64,000 nt of DNA from Aureliella sp. GTDB taxonomy: Bacteria; Planctomycetota; Planctomycetia; Pirellulales; Pirellulaceae. The position numbers and the translations under genes were made by a program. The notes beneath the pieces are model-generated. The model had not been told where the DNA came from. It was given only the letters and a program-made list of their open reading frames with translations, and made no database searches. Of this stretch, positions 62,187 through 64,000 are shown in pieces. The first letter of the stretch is position 1; the number at the start of each line of letters is the position of its first letter. Where the stretch lies: NCBI GenBank assembly GCA_963691875.1, contig OY829846.1, forward strand, positions 1,568,001 through 1,632,000. The letters are read 5' to 3'.

Positions 62187-62874
62187 TTCAAGTTCACCGT
62201 TGTCTACTCTCGGAAAGAGACGGAGGATTCGAGCAAGTTGTCTCTGGCGTCCCCACTCAACCTGCTGGGCAAATTGAAGGTAATACCGAGGAACGTGAAG
62301 AATACAGTACAAGCGACGTTAATCGTGTCAACATTCGCAGCCAAGGGGAACCAACGCTCTAATCCTGAGCCGACGGCGCTCACGGCAGCCAACCGTAAGG
62401 ACAGCGCTGCTTCGCTAACGCGTCAACTTCCCCAAATGCGCTGCAAACTTCACTTTGCGCTGCATTCCCAGCGATGCAGCCTTGTTGATTCGGCTGGGCT
62501 CGCCTATCCTTATGCACTTGGAATGAATGCAATTATGGATCGGACTAATGAGATGCTTGGCTGCATTGGCCAAGTGGTTCGATCGCGAGATACCCCCTGA
62601 GCTAGGCGCTCAGCTTCTCGATAGGGCGAATGTTGTTTTTCGCTCAATCTAATGCCGCCATCTATCGGTCAAGTTGACCCGCTGGAAAAGCTGCTGCCGT
62701 TGTCAAAACGCACCCCATCCGCGACATTCTTGTTGGTCCGGATTGCTTCGGAAGCATTTTTGGTTTGAATATCGAATCTTCTAGAATCGCACTCAGCCAC
62801 TTCCCACCCGACATTCCATTGTATTTCAAGTACACAAATCGAAACACATTTTTTAACGAACAGGAAAGATCAGA

Positions 62875-63081
62875 ATGCAAGAAGGCACTATCAAGCGCAT
62901 TACCGACAAAGGCTTTGGCTTCATCGCTCAGGAAGGAAGCAACAAAGATATGTTCTTCCACAGCTCGGCTCTAGTTGGTGTCAACTACAACGACCTTCGC
63001 GAGGGCCAAAAAGTTACTTTTACCGTCGGCGAAGGACCAAAGGGCCCACGTGCAGAGAATGTTCAGCTAGCTGACGACTAG
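62875..63081 (+). CDS. Cold-shock protein (CspA family)
   Basis: KGFGFI (RNP1), MFFHSS (RNP2) and GPKGPRAENV. Confidence 0.96.
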   Translation: MQEGTIKRITDKGFGFIAQEGSNKDMFFHSSALVGVNYNDLREGQKVTFTVGEGPKGPRAENVQLADD

Positions 63082-63616
63082 CTCAGATTAGCTCTTCAAG
63101 AGAGCAAAATTAAGCATCAGATAAGCCACCGCTTCTTCGACTTGCGAGGCTATCTGCAGACTGCGCGGATGAGCAAATGGCCAGTCATCGCAATTGCGAA
63201 GGTTGGCTGAATTCGTCGAACGATACTCGCTCAGGGCTCGCGGCGTATCGCAAGGCGATGTTAGTGATTGGCAAGTTGCAATATCCTCGGATATTGCACT
63301 CGCTCACCACGAGGGACTTCGCGAGCACTCTCATTTGAGTCAGTTTTAGGCCAAAGCCGTTCAACTGTGCCAAAGTCGCTGCGACTCGCTTTGCCTGCTG
63401 TAATCGGCCTATTAGATCTCTCTGCACGACGGCAGGCGGCCACAAAAGATTTGGTGCAAACCGCCGAGGAACGAACCGCAGCCGTCATCACGCTGTCCAC
63501 TATAGTGCCGAGGTTCCAGACCTGGCTCGTCTGCTCTCACAGGCAGCTCAAGTAATCGTCCGCTATCCGCCTTGCCAAAATAGAGTCGAATGCAACCAGA
63601 ACATTCGCAGTCTAGA

Positions 63617-64000
63617 ATGCCCTTGAGACGGATCTGCGATTACTACCTCGCGTCCTTCACCGGCTTTCGACGCGAAGTATGGATTCTTTCCGCGATTACT
63701 TTCGTGAACCGAGCGGGATCCATGGTGATCCCCTTTCTCTCACTGTACCTAACTGCGGACCAGGGTTTCAGTCTTTCGCAAGTTGGTTGGGTGATGTCTT
63801 GCTTCGGTGCAGGAGCCGTTGGTGGTTCTTGGATCGGCGGAAAGCTCACGGATCGATTTGGCTTCTACTGGGTTATGGTACTGTCGCTGTTAGCTTCAGG
63901 CGCAGCGTTTGTCGCATTGCAATGGATTCGAGGCTTTTATCCGTTTTGCATCGCTGTTTTCCTAGCGACTTTGATTGTCGATTCCTTTCGTCCAGCTCTA
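63617..64000 (+). CDS. MFS transporter, 5' part (runs off the window)
   Basis: Open frame from ATG 63617: FVNRAGSMVIPFLSLYL and motif A GGKLTDRFG. Confidence 0.85.
   Translation, partial: MPLRRICDYYLASFTGFRREVWILSAITFVNRAGSMVIPFLSLYLTADQGFSLSQVGWVMSCFGAGAVGGSWIGGKLTDRFGFYWVMVLSLLASGAAFVALQWIRGFYPFCIAVFLATLIVDSFRPAL

Noticed and set aside
62286..62385. CCGAGGAACG...GACGGCGCTCAC, similar to an SAH riboswitch
   Set aside because: The CCAGGCTCGG segment and GAGCG pairing are missing, and there is no SAH-related downstream gene.
48160..64000. attR duplication of the tRNA-Leu 3' end
   Set aside because: No copy of TCAAATCCTCTCATCCGCA was found by eye in the window.

Overview
Chromosomal segment of a planctomycete, probably Pirellulaceae-like. 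The evidence is DUF1559 prepilin-type proteins, a Rhodopirellula/Verrucomicrobium-type ECF sigma/FecR pair and seven sulfatase genes. Positions 1-45 kb hold housekeeping and carbohydrate genes (dcd, msrAB, argE, glgC, glgX, sulfatases, a sigma54 activator, a sodium:solute symporter, NfeD), tRNA-Asp and a markedly divergent NAD-dependent ligase. From about 46 kb the region is accessory and decaying. tRNA-Leu(CAG) is followed by a broken tyrosine integrase and an ECF sigma/anti-sigma/sulfatase/GH29 fucosidase cluster, then an alpha carbonic anhydrase, a stop-interrupted OprO/P porin, an IS630 remnant, DUF1080, a cold-shock gene and an MFS transporter. The most unusual items are a duplicated ~115-nt structured non-coding element with a terminator (42.06 and 42.83 kb), an EF-hand pair inserted in the symporter, a sulfatase-PhoD fusion, the atypical LigA, and six in-frame TAG codons in four genes. 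Several single-base frameshifts fall in homopolymer runs and may be assembly errors. All calls come from motif recognition by eye; no searches were run.
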